DNA from: Lama guanicoe
Taxonomy: Eukaryota
Assembly: GCA_013239625.1 (NCBI GenBank)
Contig: MU054220.1
Coordinates: 7,723,367-7,787,366 of the forward strand
Direction: 5' to 3'
DNA: 64,000 bases
In this document: positions 11,776 through 26,509 of the stretch, piece after piece
How positions within the stretch are numbered: position 1 is the first letter of the stretch
How the letters are laid out: every line of letters starts with the position of its first letter
Translations under genes and position numbers: made by a program
Notes under the pieces: model-generated
Database searches by the model: none
What the model was told of the DNA's origin: nothing
What the model saw: only the letters and a program-made list of their open reading frames with translations

Positions 11776-13899
11776 TCCCAGCATGCTCTCTTGCCTGCTA
11801 GTTTCCACTGAATTTTAAAGAATCATATTTTAGCAAGTTGAAACATATCATTTACTATTGGTAACATATTTTCCACTGATTTTAACCTGCCTATTTGTGT
11901 TTGGAAAAGTCGATTTGTGTGTCCTGTCTATTTAAACTAAGAAATAAATCAAATAATTAAACATTCGCAATTGAATTGAACTGTATTATGTCTTTTTAAT
12001 TGGGGGAAACAAATCCTTTATAATTCATCATTTTTATCAAAGGCAAGAGTTTGCAAAAATGTATTCCATAAAACACCAGTATCACTAAAGTAGCTGATTA
12101 GGGTTTCCTGGTGAAATTAACTGACCAGTTCTGTCCCTTGATTGGAGATCATAATGCAAATTAAAGTCTTTGAGAAACCTGTTGAATTTGTTCTAATCTG
12201 ACATTTTTTAAACGTGGTTGAGCAGAAACACTTTAATAAGTTGGTATCTTGCTTCTTGCTTTTTACTGTGCTGCAGAGGATAATTTGGGAAATGCTAATC
12301 TAAGTGACTCATCTTGACAAGGGGGACTTTTATTCTTTGACACTTGGTTTGTGTTCTATTTCAATATTTTTAATACAAAAGACTCAGAAGCATTTTCTGC
12401 TCCCACTGTTCAGCGCATCTTTTAAATCAACAGTTGCAGTGATAATCGGGAGTCCTTGAGATAATCACCCACAAGCTGTTATTTACTGATGATTATGTCC
12501 CATCAAATATACACATACACACGGTCCAATACAAGCAAAAGGAGAGTATTTTTATGGCATCATGATGCACACTGGCAAATAGATAAACGAAGTTTCATGA
12601 AATAAAGTGGCTGGGAATTAAAAAAAAATACCCATTGGCTACTCAAATGCTCCTAACACTGGATATTATAGTCGTAGGGAAAACAACCAAAAAATCCCAG
12701 CTCTGTTATCCTCCCCCTCTAAAAATGACATGCCATTCAAGCCTCAGGAATGGGATAATGTTCTCTGAAAGAGAATGAACGACCAAAAGTTGTGCATACA
12801 AGAAACTCAGTAAATATTTGTTGAGTGAATGAAAGGAAAAAGGAAACAGACCGTGAAGCTCAAAGAATCCACAGACAACAGGGTGCCTTCATATTCACTC
12901 AGGATGAGACAGACTATTAATCTTCTTAGTGTTACCTGCCTGTGGAATTTTAATTATTCTCAGTAACCACTATCTTCTCCTAGGAAGCCCATTGGTATAT
13001 AAAGTGTGGTGGAAAAACGTATACTTGCTCTTATTTTGTAAAAGATTTTTACAAAACACCATGTACCTGTCAAGGCATTTTTCTTATTTAGTGTGCTTGC
13101 TCTTGTATTTTACATGCTTCTTGAAATTACCTCCTCGCTTTCAAGGGCACTATAATTTAGTACTTCTTTAACTTTTCCTGTGTTTTCTTCAGACATTTCA
13201 TTACAGGCAAATATATTCCGCCCCTCTCTTCCCGTTTTTCATTTCCTTCCACTCTGCATTTCACCACCACCCCCTGCTCCTTTTTATTGTCATAATTCCA
13301 ACTTTCTACTCAAAGAAAGTGGTTGGCAAACGTTTCTCTTAAGCTAAACGTGACTTTCATGGAATACTGAGCCTGACATTTTTCCAACTTCTGCAGATAT
13401 TTTCAACTTGACTATATCCCACTGACAAATTGAACATGTATCCCGAAGAACTCTTCCATTCCAAAGCCATCTTCTTTTCCACCATCTTGGAGCCCTTCTG
13501 GTTCCGTCCAAGGAACCCATTTTTTTTCTTATCCTTGAGAAGTTGTTGCTATTTCCAATTGGAAGTGACAGTCTTGGGAACTGGTACGTCTTATTGCCAA
13601 TCTCCTCCCAGGTATAGTCAGTCATCCACAGAAGTAGAATCAATTTAAGCTGCAGCTGACCCATTCTGAGAGGCCTGGGTACCACAGTTTACCTGTTATC
13701 CTTTTATAGGTGACTGAGGGAATCAAATCTTTTGAAAAACATGTATTCAGTTAAAATGATAATGCCTTGCTGTCCTGCTATGCTTGGTCATTACCTAAAA
13801 TATTAGTAATTATAGTCAATAATATTTGAAAAGACCTAAACTGGGTTTCCTTTTACCTAACCTAATCTTTCCTTGACCCTTTCTCTTGCCACTGCCTTC

Positions 13900-15300
13900 T
13901 AGAATTTCCAGAATCTCTCTTTCTATGCTTCTTCGGGCTTCCTGGACTAGCTGAAACACAGGGCTTCCAGAGGATGCTACTACTTTCGCTACATGTCTCT
14001 TAAGTAGATGCTCTTCATTTTTCTATGACTCATGGCTATGAGTGGAATCAGTGAGTATCCAGGTATACTTCAAGGTCTATTACCACTCCGCATATTTTTT
14101 TTAAAGAAAAGATGACACTACTTTCATTAGACTCTTGCTCTAGATTCAGACAATCATTTTTGTCCTCATCCTTGTCATCTGCTCTTAGCTTGATTACTCT
14201 TTCTTAAGTTTGGAAGACTTTGTGACCTATTGCACAATTCTTTTCCTATTCCAATTCCTGTCATCATATATGGTGACATCAATGTTAATCTGGTGACCCA
14301 TTTCAAAGCCCAATCTTCTATTCCCTAATCACTTCAATTCCAATAATTAGGGCAACTTAGAAAAATAATTATGCTAATGGAGACAGTTCTCAGAGTGAAA
14401 AGGTATATTATTCATAATTGCACCAGGATACCATTAAATCATAATTTACTTGCGGAAAAAAAACACTAGCTCGATAATGATTGTTTTCTCTCTACTTCAG
14501 CTACACACTCCAGACACCAGAAACTGGAATTTATTATGATCCAATATAAAATAGATATATGGATAAAAAATAAATGAAGAGGTAAGTTGAATATCCGCGT
14601 ACAACCTTTCGTCTTCCTGTTCTTCAAACTAGATCTACTTCAAGACATCCTGGATGCCATATTGCCAGATGAAGATGTCCAAAACTGAATACATCCATCT
14701 TTCATTTGGTACAATATTGTCACCATAATTTGTACTCACTTTATTTCTCTATTTTCTTTCATTTATTAAGTCTGTTTGGTTTTTACTTTATACTTTCTCC
14801 ACTTGAGGATTCCCTGTGCCTCTCTTCAGCCAATTCCTTGCCAATGCCTTTACTTTCCTTTTCTTGTTTTCTTTTCGATATACCCACCTCAACAGAATTC
14901 AATCCTTAATCAATCTACTTCTCATCTTCCACTTCATATTCTATTCTAATGCCATCAGATTAAAGTAAAGCAGACTCAGATGTCTCACATCCTTAAAAAA
15001 AAGTCTTTTTTTCCTGAACTCTCTCTAGTGACTACCTTAACTTTGCCCCTTTTTTTTTTCACAGCCATTCTTTCTATCCACATGTTTACTATATACAATA
15101 CACATTGCAATAGAGATACACGGTATTGAAGACGTTTTATAAATAGCTCTTGACAATCTTTCTTTGTCACTCTTTGGAGACTGTGATATCTTCCATGGCA
15201 ACAACTAGAGCTCATTCATATTTATTTCCCCAACGTCCATAAGCATGCTTGGAACATAAACAAGTACCTAATGAACATTGTTGGGTGAATTAATAAATAT
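13900..15300 (+). mobile_element. LINE-2 remnant: endonuclease-domain region joined to the L2 3' end
   Basis: 14257-14295 translates PVIIYGDINVNLV (APE GD(F)N motif) and 13938-13961 translates LPGLAETQ (compare LLALTETW). The L2 3' terminus 'catgcttggaacataaacaagtacctaatgaacattgttgggtgaattaataaat' lies at ~15245-15298. Confidence 0.75.
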
Positions 15301-16817
15301 GCATTGAGGTGATGCAATGTTTGTGGCCATTCCTTCCCCGTCACTTGTACATGTAGTATTACATTCCCAATATAATTATGTTTTTTGTCTGTTATCACTT
15401 ATCTTTCATTAAGCTTAATCCTTAAGTAGTCCAAGATAAATAAAATGACTCTAAAGAGTCCTTGTAATTTGATACAGTTTGGGTGATAGGCCACTCCCTT
15501 TTCTTCAGATGCACTCTGTCAAGTCCATCTTGTTCAAGTGTAATTGTGGTATCACTGGCTTTACTGCGGGCAGATTCTCAATCAGCATTATGACAATACT
15601 GTGAAGAATGCAAGCAAAGCCCTGTGCTTCCAATGCCCATGGATTCTAGAGGGAAGCCAAACCTTCTCAATTCCAAGTGCTTGGCTTCCAGGACTAAAGA
15701 ATAGACTCTACAAGTTAATTTTTAACAATTACCGATATTACTCATTTTCCCCACAATTATGCCCCATTGCCTATCTCTAAAGCCAGAACACTGGTATAGT
15801 ATTCAACATTCTTCAATGATCCAGCCTCTCCCCTGTTTGAAAATATATAGCACATCAGCCAAAGTAAACTGATTCTCTGAGCTCCATGAGTTCTTCCATT
15901 TCTGGCTAAGTTTGCACCTGCCATTTTTCCTCCCTGGAATATTACCTCCTAATCTCCCAGCACTTACTCAGTTCCACCTACGGGTCCTTCAATGCCAGGC
16001 TGAGATATTAACACTTCAAAGAAAAATTTACTGCTATTTCCTGTAGAGTTGAGTTTCCTTGCCTGAACTTCTTTGGCATCTTGTTCAACAGCTACAACAC
16101 CAACATTATAGTGGTATAATTATTAGTCCCTTTTTTTCCCCCGAGTTTTCACAAATCTGTGAGATTCTTGAGGGTTGATACTCTTCCATGCATTGTGATA
16201 TTTCTTGCATATAGCCACACAACTAGGAATCATACTAAGAAATGAAACTTTGGTCTCCACACACAGCTAGAAACTGAAAACCAAAACTTACCTTAATATC
16301 CACGTCAACCTGACTTTGTTATTACACTGTCATTATTAGCACGCCTTTATTTTTCTGAGAATCACATGCCCAGGCAAATGGTTTAATTGTTCATTATAGG
16401 AACTTGCTGAAATTCTCGACAGATATTTTGCATCCTAGAAGTTTTTTAATAATTTGCCTCAAAATTTTTGCCTTGTTGCCACCAAAGAAAAAATCTTTTC
16501 CCAATCCTAATTAAGTCCCCATTTGGAAAGACTTGCTCCAAAAAAACTTGCACTTCTCAATAAATTCTGTTTCTTCCTTCCTTCCTCTAAGACAATGCTC
16601 AAATTCTGCAGAAGTGGTCGTCTCACTCCCTGGTGGTGGTCAACAGACTCAGCTGTGTCTTATCAACAGATTACTTTAGTATAATAATCAATAAACAAAC
16701 TAAATATTAAACCTGTTTCAGAAAAATGTGGATTAAAAAAGATTTTGGCTTTTTTATGGGATTGATTGCATGCTAAAAGTTTAGATAATAAAACCTTTTT
16801 ATGCTTTTTTGATTTTT

Positions 16818-17218
16818 CTAAAATAGTCAAACTCACAGAAGCAGAAAATAAAATAGTGGTTGCCAGGGGCCGGAAGGTGCGGGAAATAGAGAGGTGTTAA
16901 TCAGTGGGTGAAATTCTTCTCTATGAATAAGGTCTAGAGATCTGTTATACCATAGTGCCTGTAGTTACCACTACAGTATTGTATGCTTCAAAATTTGCTG
17001 ACAGAGTAAATCTCACATTAAGTGTTTTTCTCAAACACCGCCACACACGCAAAGGACACAGGGAAACCCTGGGAGATGTCTGATATGTGTATTACCTTAA
17101 TTTTGGTGCAGGTAACACAGGTGTTTGCATATACTCAGATTCATCAAATTTTACACATTAAATATGTGTAGTTCTTTACATGTCAATTACACATTAATAA
17201 AGATGTTTTTAAAAATAA
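16818..17218 (+). mobile_element. L1MB-like 3' UTR fragment
   Basis: Runs from 'tagtcaaactcacagaagcagaaaataaaatagtggttgccagggg' to 'tgtcaattacacattaataaagatgtttttaaaaa'. Confidence 0.9.
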
Positions 17219-18509
17219 AATCCTTTTTGGTGTTCCAGGACCATAAATTTGGATTATTTAAAACAAAATTGGGTCAATAATCTTGTATACACAGCCATTA
17301 TTAGTGGGCAGGAGCTCAGATTTAGCCAGGAATTAACAGAAGAAAAAGAACATTTATTAGATACCAACTGTCTGTCCACTGGCTTGATACTTCGCTCAAG
17401 TGACCTACTTTTGCTGTGATTTTAAAGATTTCTGCCTATTTAAATCAAACTTGTAAATCATTTTAGACTCTTTCCCAATACTACTTCCAATTGAGGTTAA
17501 ACGGTTAATATGCATTTAAAATGTAATCAAGCCCAACACTGATTCATTATCTGGTTCAGTGGTTCATCGGTTCACTCGCTCATTATACAGCCAAAAGCTT
17601 CATCAGAGAGCAGGCTGCGTGTGTGGCAGGACATAAACTACCAAACCAAGGTTGTGCCCATATCAGCCTTGTAGCTTTCAACCAGGTTGATTCGCTCACA
17701 CATCAAGCACCTGGCATTAGAAATGAGCCATCAAAACGCACCATTGCTTGCCATATGGACTTTCTCACGTATATTCCCACATATCATCCCAAGTCTGGAT
17801 GCATCTTTCAATTATAATCAGCAAACAAAATACAAGAGGATTATATAAAACAACATTTCTTCTGAAAGTGGTATCTAGGAAAATTTATGGAAGACACCAA
17901 ACTTAAACTGGGCCAGAATAAATATCTACCTAATTTCTAATTTCTACCTTCTTGTATCTTTGCTTGTATCTTGCCTCTTCAGCTTGAATTTGGTCTGACA
18001 GCTTTCTCTACGCAGAATATGTTAGCTAGTCTAGCCCCAGTGGTTCAATTCCCAGCTCTAGTCTCTCTGAAAACTTTGGATTGCTTCTTAGCCAGAAAAA
18101 GGAATGGGAAATCGCACACCAATGTAAACTATGTAATTGAGCACATGTAATTCAATGCTACAGAAGGGAAGGGAAGGAATTCTTCATTCAGGCTGTCTAC
18201 CTCCTAAAATAAGCAAGGTGGGTGATCGGTTAAAAATGACTCTACCTGGGTCACGTCTCAGCTGCACTGGCCCTCTGCCAAGACTTCCGCCCAGACGCTG
18301 CAAAGGGAACCAAAGAAGACTGGGTCTCAGGCCATTACCCCCACAGAACGTATCAAATGCAGAGCCTGCTCCTCACTGAATCCTTTTCCCAAGGTTGTTT
18401 ACCAGGACCGTCAGTTTACACTTCATAAGCACAACTCTATGACACAATCAGAGAAGGTGGGTGGACTCTTACAGGCTCAAATATCTTATCTTGCTTAAGA
18501 AGTACACAT

Positions 18510-18862
18510 ATATAAGAAAACAGATTGGTGGTTGACAGAGGCAGGAGTGAGAGGTGGGCAAAATGAGTGAAGGGACTCAAAAGGTACAAAGTTCCAGTTA
18601 TAAAATAAGTCATGGGGATGTAACATACAGCATGGTGACTGTAGTTAATAATATTATATTGCATATTTGAAAGTTGCTAAGAGAGTAAATCTTAGAACAT
18701 TTCATCACAAGAAAAAAAATGTAATGATGATGGGCATTAACTAGACTTACCATGGTGATCATTTCACAGTATTTGCAAATACTGAATCATTACGTTGTCC
18801 ACTTGAAACTAACATAAGGTTAATTGACATACAGTCAAATATATTTCAGTAAAAAGGAAAAA
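18510..18862 (+). mobile_element. L1MA9-like 3' UTR fragment
   Basis: 'aaaggtacaaagttccagttataaaataagtcatggggatgtaacatacagcatggtgactgtagttaataata...gaaagttgctaagagagtaaatctt', followed by an A-rich tail. Confidence 0.92.
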
Positions 18863-20234
18863 TATACTAGGAAAAACATCAGCATATTGTCCTCAGCCAT
18901 GACAAGCACTGATAAATAATCTTTAATTTATCTGCCCACAGCTGTGTATGGAAAACATTCAGTATGATTGCTGTTTTGTTTTCAACCCTATGTTATTTAC
19001 CAAAATCATCATATTTTGTTGTACTTCAGTCCCATTTTCTAAATCAGGAATCTGAATTCCAGGATAACGTGTGACTTTTGCAAATTTGAACAGAAAGCCA
19101 TAAGAGGAGTTTGGTCCAGGTTTACAGACCTGAGGGTATTTCTAGAACCATCTCTGAAGCCATTATTAAAATATAGAGTATTTGTGCTCAGAGATCAACA
19201 TCCGTATTCATGTCCTGTATTTCATTCAGTGTGCTTACAGATGTACTGCCCAAAGTTCTCAAATAAAAGCACTTACAAATTCATTTGAAATCGCTAAACA
19301 CCTCACAAAGCAAAATCTGAAAAGCATTAATATGCTGAATATACTCATTTTTTGCCTTTAAGGGATCCAATCTTTATTTAAAGGCTGAATTATGTTTTAT
19401 AGTTTTGCTGTTAAGAAACCAGGATTTTTTTTTAAATCACTCCTAAAGATGTTCCTATACATTCAGAGCTACAGCAAACTTTTCACTATTAGTCATTCTC
19501 TGATTGACAGACCAAAGGACTTCGATGGTCTTGAACTAACAAAAATTTCATTAAGGTGAACATCAAGTTTTGAGCAGTTTGAAAACACATATGCATTCCT
19601 TGAGCAGTTTCCTACAAGAAAACATAGGAAAATGACAAGCCTTTTACCTGTAGGAATGTAACACTATTTCTCTTTCTGTACTGAATGGCGGTAAAAAGCC
19701 TAAGAAACCAAACAAAATCTGTAAGGTCTTGTCCAAACACCCTCCAATTCAGGGTGTCCACCTGCACAATCTCAGTATAAATTTAAGGGCTGGAACTGTG
19801 GTTTTTGAAGGGAGAAAAGTATAGGAAAAGAATAAAAAGTTTGCCATCAGGACACCCTGTCTTCCTATATCAAAGATTTATTTCTTGTTCACACAAAGTC
19901 TGTGGTGGAGTAGAATAACTTTACAAAGCACCTACTCTCCATGTAGAAATTCATTGTTCTAGGCTTATGGTGGTTACAGAATTTCGTAGCTGTACCATGT
20001 GCAATGTATTGTCTCCAAGGTCAGTGAAGCAAGGGAGAGAACACTGAGCCACATGTGGGCAGCCCAGAGCAGTGGAGTAGGAGCTGAATGTTCAGGCAGA
20101 CTTTCCCTTGGAAGACCTCAGTGAAGCAAAGCCCCATGTAATCTCTGGGATGTTAGTTCATGTGGAAAGGGGCCTATTGGACTGCAAAGAAGGAACAGGA
20201 GAATCCAGATCTAAAGCCAAATCAAGCTGGAGCC

Positions 20235-20720
20235 GTGTTACAACCACCCCAAACTCAATGGAGTCAAGGTACAGCTTTTTTATTTTACTCATGGACATGG
20301 TGGGTCAGACGTTCAGACGGGACGTGGCGTCTACTCCAGGAGATGTGGAACCTGAGCTGGGAAGACAATAGACCAGAATGAGGAATGCACCTCCAAGATG
20401 GGTTCTTCATTCCCATGTCTGTTCATTAATGGGAAAGCTAGAAGGCTGCTCATTTGGAACTGTACATGTGGCCTCTTCAATGGAACAGCCTCAGAGTAGC
20501 GAGACTTCTGACTGGCAGCTCAGTGTTCTACTCTGTTGTTCAGTGAACAAGGCAGAAGCTCCTTTTATGATCTAGCCTCTGAAGTCATACATAGTGACCT
20601 TTCTGTTGTCTTCTCTTGGTTGACTCAATGAGAAGTTTACCCAGAATCAAGGGGATGGGACATCCTTCTTCTCAAGGGAGGCATGGTCAAGAATTGAGAG
20701 CCACATTTAAAGCTAGCATA
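20235..20720 (-). mobile_element. MaLR LTR (MLT1F/G/H-like)
   Basis: Contains 'acaaccaccccaaactcaatgg..ttattttactcatgg', 'ccttttatgatctagcctctgaagtcatac' and 'acccagaatcaagggga'. Confidence 0.8.
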
Positions 20721-21137
20721 GTTCCTACAAAGATAAAACTGAGGCAATTTGGAAACTGTAGAAAGTCAAAAACTGAAGACCAAAGCATTGAAGGAGAAAC
20801 CGCACTGGGGTTTAAATCTTGACCTTGGGCAAGGTATTTTAACTTCCTGAGACTTTCCCTATGTTTTAAAAGGATATATTAAAATCTCTCTAAAAGTGTT
20901 GCTGTAAGTTTAAGATAATCTCTCTATATAAGTATAAGACTTAACACCATGCTGGATGCATAACACACCTAAAACAAATGTGAATTCTTTTCTTGAATAC
21001 ATATCTAGGCTTTTTTGTTTGTGGCAGCTGACCAAATGGATGTAGGGTTGGAAATAATAGAAAATAATGTCTTCTGAAGAGGGTAGATGGTGCAAATTTC
21101 CTGGGGAAGGATGGGGAAAATGGAGGAAATCATTTAA

Positions 21138-21310
21138 TGGTTTCTAATTCTGATGGTGAATTAGAATTTCCTGGAAAACTTGTTAAAAAAATACATATTC
21201 ATAAGCTTCACTCTAGACTTAAAACTGAATCAGAATCTGGTGGTATGATGCCCAGAGTGCTGTATTTTTAAGTTAGGTCTTCAGTTGATTCTAATACAGC
21301 CTGGCTGGGC
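21138..21310. mobile_element. MER5-type hAT DNA transposon
   Basis: 'ttagaatttcctggaaaacttgttaaaaaaatacatatt...actgaatcagaatct...ttgattctaatacagcc'. Confidence 0.75.
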
Positions 21311-24300
21311 GGCAGCAGTCTGAGGGGTACCACCAAATATATTACATTATCGTATAAAAACTCATCTGAGCTTCAGCCATATATGCATTCTTTTTTCCCA
21401 GAAACTATCACTGTGATCAATCACTAAACAAAGTGTTAGATGACATTTATCAACTCAGGATATGTAAATAATGAAAGTAATTATCACCATTCTGATTTTG
21501 TTTTTAGTAACGAGAAAACTTCTTTAAAACAAATTTTCTTCATGTTTGATCAACATCCTGGCAATCTGCCTGCCTAAAATCAATGTTACAAATATGCAAA
21601 TACAGGAATTTAAAAGTTATTCCATAGCATTTTAGCAATTGAATAATTTAAATATGCTAGAGGCTGTTATCATTAAATTTCTTTTTTTCTGAAAGTGTGC
21701 AACTACCTGGTTGAATTTTATTTACAATATTGACATTTTTCTAAGGCACTCACATTATACAAAATATATCTACTTCTTATTTGGAAATTCTTAACAAAGA
21801 TTGTCTTCCCTCCATTCTACCTGCAAACATTAAAAAATTGTCCTCCATTTCCACAAATCCAACAAAACAGTTAAACGAGAAAGAGGGAGAGAGAGATTTC
21901 TAGATTTGTGAAAATAGTGATGAAAGGCAGTTTATAGCTTTTCTCATTAATAGTAAAGGTCTCCTTCAGCTTCTTCTACTGTCTAGTCTAAATGACTCCA
22001 GCAGAGTCTTAAAAGATTTATCTGCATCAGAGTTATCAACAATAGTTTGATTTCAACAGGATATTAGTAAGTCATCACCGAGGGGAATCATACAGCTGAA
22101 GCCCTGGCCTCTTGTCACCCCAGCTGGATGTGTTCTTTTCAGAAAAGGAATTGTGGTCAGTTACTATTACAATACTTGGGGAAATGGCTCTTAAAATTTG
22201 AGTCTAACAATTTATCATCTATTTAAGAAGAGAGTGGAAAAACGACACTGTACTTTCCATCCCAACCCTCTCTCCCCCATTCAACCTCCAACGAGGTTTT
22301 AAATACTAGATTCTTCAACAGCAGACATAATCCAGGTTTTTGGAACACTGTTAAAGGCACGTGTTTCTCTCAATCATGATGGGACAGAAAATGAATGGAA
22401 CAACTGAATGCACTCTAAGTCCAGATTACAGGCATGTGTTAGCTATTTGTTCACAGGAAAGAATTCAGAGTATTTTCTGTGTATCAGCCCATGTGTTTGT
22501 CTGCTGAGAATGGGGATTATTGTCAACAATTTGGGAAGGGAGACAAATGAGATTTTCCTATAAATCTAAAAAGCCCAAACAACATAATTAGACAATCCTT
22601 TATGCCAATAGGTTCACATTCTGAAGAAGACATTTTTTCTCTGGCTTTCACAGGACCATAGATAGTTCTTTTTTTAAAAATAAAAATTTATTGAGTCACT
22701 CAGCCTTGTAGTCAGAGGAAAAACTTAAAGTAGAAGAAAATCTTCTGAATTCCTAATTCAGAACACTTACCACACTTCTCTAAACACTGGTCTAGAAGGA
22801 TTGGACTACAAGATATTGGACAGAGAAACATGTAACACACATCAAGTGAAAGAAAATAGATTATGTAAAGCAGCTAGGACCATGTCTTAATGGGAAAAGA
22901 TGTTTCACTGGTCACTATTACTTAAATAATCCACTACTTCACTTATGTAAAGGGCTAGATACACATAGCAGACTTGGTTTAAGGAGATAATCGATCTGGG
23001 AATCACACTACCTACCTACTTTTACAGAAAAACAAAACAAATCAAAAATCATCCCCATTTTGGAATGTCCCTCTGTCTGTCCTGTATCCTTGACAGTTCT
23101 CTTATATAATGGTCTTCCACTCATAACAACAGATCCATTTTTATCAAACGGAATGCTACGTGAAATTCTAACTTATACAGCAGAACAAAGGGTGTTTTGC
23201 CGGTATAAATTATTTCACGTTTAATTCAGTTTTGGTTTCCAATTTCTTTCTCAGTTTTGTTTTTCATGGCACTGAGTTGAGAAATTCTTGATTTACACGG
23301 ATAAATAGCTGCAAATGAGCTTTAAACAGTTCTATGTGCTGTCTTTCTACAGCTTCCAATTAAATTGTTCTGGAAGCTTGACAAAGAAGCAGTGATTTTT
23401 TTTTCAAAATTAAATCACTACCTTACCAATATTTAACTAGCACTTGCTTTCTGTAATTGAATCTGAAAATGTTCCTTTGCCAACTGAAATGTTCATTGTT
23501 TGAGAAGAGCTTTTTTTTTTTAATGTTATCTCGTAACTTAGAAATCTTTAAAAAATGTCTTAAATTAGATATCTTGGCTTCATCTATTAAATCATTATGC
23601 AATATTTCAAAATAGTCAAATTTATTTTTCCTTGCATACTGAAATCAAATATTAAGTTTCAATTTTAGTGCTGACAATTTAATGCTTACAGTTAACTACA
23701 TTTAGAAGTAGGTAACTCTATGAATGTGAGTTAGATTCATTTATATTATTAATATTAGGAGCAAAGTATGCAAGCTACTTCAACAATGTATAGGGTTTAA
23801 CTATTTAACATGTCATCAGAAATTAATTTGAAATTCTCATATTGTAAACTTTCATAGAAATATGTAACAGATTCCAGTATTTTAAAAAAAGGTTTATTCA
23901 ACTAGTATTACTAATAACTTGAAATAAAATGCAGTGAAAACCCTCTGACTCAAAACTTAAATAAAAATGCAATTAGTAATGATATTTTATAACAATATAT
24001 TTCTAGCAATTTTCTTAACTGGTGCTATTTTCCTATGAATCATGTAATGATAGCTTACACATCATAAAAGTTTCATAGTTTTTTCCTTATGCTGTTTTCA
24101 AATTCTCAATACAGACATCATCACATTTTTGACACCTTACTTGATAGAATATTTTTAAATGCCCGACAACTACAAAGATTTTTTTTAATAATCACTTTCT
24201 GTTCATCTTTTTTTAAAAATAAACACCTGAAAAATGAAGAGAAGAGCAACGTTTTAAATCTCTGGGAAGAGGCTGTGCAGCGTGAAGATTTTAAATATTC

Positions 24301-26509
24301 TCAGCCATCAAATTAATGTACCAAGTGCTTTGGAGCCATATCTTCGAGTTCTTTTCTATACTTTTATTAGGAAACTGGGCTAGTTGTATTTTCACAGATT
24401 TTTGTACTTTTAATATATTTTTTTACAATGTCAATAGCACTGCCTTGATGAATTATTCTCTGAGACTGTGCTTCTTCCTGAGTATCAGGTGGCAGCTTGC
24501 TTTTAACAGTATTACTAGTGCATTTTCACAATCAGATGCTAATAGTTTGCCAAAAATATTCAATAATATTGAGTTAATGCTGAAAAAAGCTGAGAGTCTT
24601 CTTTCAAAACACATGAACTTTTGTTTCACATGATTTGGAATTTTACTATTCTTTATTAAAATGTTATTACATAAAACACATTAAAGATGTGAGTAAATTT
24701 TATCTTCCTAAAAGTTAAATCCCAAAGGAAAAAAAATAACTTATGTCGGATATTATAGAGTTCAAGTGATCTATGTGTAAGTTTTAATACATTGTTTTAT
24801 TTCACCTACTTTTATCAGTGTGGCTGACATTAATGAAGATATTGATCAGAATTAATATTTGACATTTCACTTTGAGCCTCATCACGTGTCATCGTATAAA
24901 TGGTAGCTTTTTCTTTTATTTTTTTCTGTTTTGATCATAGAACTATTTCAAACTTTAAGAGTAATTATCCTATCACAGCAAAAATATGTTTTGTATGTGC
25001 ATGTGGATATATGTGCATGCATAAAACAAGAAACATGACAAAATTATAAAGTGCTATTTTTAACATGCTGTTACCACAAGCAACCTGCATCTTACCTGTT
25101 ATTGCTTTTATAAAATAGACTGGTTTTCCATGCTGAGATCTTATTCCAGGAAAAACAACTGGATACTTCCTGGTATGTATTAGACACAAAGACATTAAGA
25201 GTTGAATGAAAATCTGAAGAATGGGTACAATTTGTAAACACAGAATCAGGAGAGGTTCTTCAGGTAAGGAAAGTAATTCACTAGAGCTTTTAGAGGTAGA
25301 ACTGAGGATACTGTGCTGAGTCAGAGGTGTCTGCAGGTGAGGGTGTTGTGTAGCCTGTCCGTGATGGAAACTTTAGGGGACTAATAAATGCTAATGATGG
25401 AGGTGGAAGTGGAGCTGTTCTATGTTCCTGAGAACTCTGCCTAGAGGAGTTCAAACTTTATTTTCTGTTAGGATATTGGCAGTTGAGAGCCCTTAAAAGA
25501 TTTGTGGTACAGAATTGATAAGTATAAATTAATTCCTTCAAAATCCTGGTCTAGTTTAGAGACAGGGATAAATTGTAGATAGCAGTGTGGATTCAGGAAA
25601 AGGGACTAAGCCAGAGATGAGAAGATGGTGCCTCTGCTAGGGTCTTGGCACAGAGAAAAGAAAGAAAGAAAGAGCATAGTAGAGATGTTCTCCTAGGGGT
25701 ACCATTTTTTTTAATGCCATCCTATTTTCACGTGACTTCTGGATGTCCTTCAGACTTGAGGGCATTATCTTTTGTGTGAACAATGACAGAAACTACTACA
25801 CAGTATAGGCAATGTGGCTTATGCTCTGATTTCATCAACTTGGGCAAATCTGTTCTGCTTATGATCTGCATTTCAACAAAGGCACTAGGAAGTGGTTGCC
25901 TCCTGTGTCCAGATCTCAGCTCATCCTTCTACATGATGGTTCAAAACCTACCATCTTCCTTCCCCACCTGAAAGGAATTCCGTTAAAGCTTTGGGTCAGA
26001 AGGAAAAAATGAGCTATCAACAAGCCACAGTTTCTGACACCTTTCCATCTGTATGTGCATTTCAATCAATTTTAAATCACGGAGACAATAAAGCAAAGTT
26101 TTTTCAGCTTTCAATTTGCCTCTGCAGGGATGGGTGCCCTGTCTGATGTTTATAGTTCACAGTCTCATAATAATGGATGATTTTAGCACCTTGCTTCTCT
26201 CTCTCTATTTTCCTAATGCTTTCAGCAATTTCATTAGAGTTGTTTTTTAAGATGACAATTAGAATAAAATGAAAAGCTCAAGAAGCTGTTTGAAACATAA
26301 TGAAAAAGGAAATGTAATCTAACTTTGGAAAAACTGATTTTTTAAATTCTGCCTCTTTCTGACAGCCTCATTCATTTTCTACTCAAAAAATTCCAGGTAA
26401 ATTTTACACTTTCTGTAACTGCACTACAGAGAAGATTTCCTCCCACACATTTCCCATGAGTAACCCTCACCCTATTCCTATCCACTCAAAAAATACCACT
26501 CTAACACTC

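Noticed and set aside
13344..13685. 113-aa minus-strand ORF (MVPRPLRMGQ...)
   Set aside because: No recognisable domain or convincing splice context, and it lies next to an L2 relic. The + strand acceptor-like site near 13397 hits stops in all three frames.
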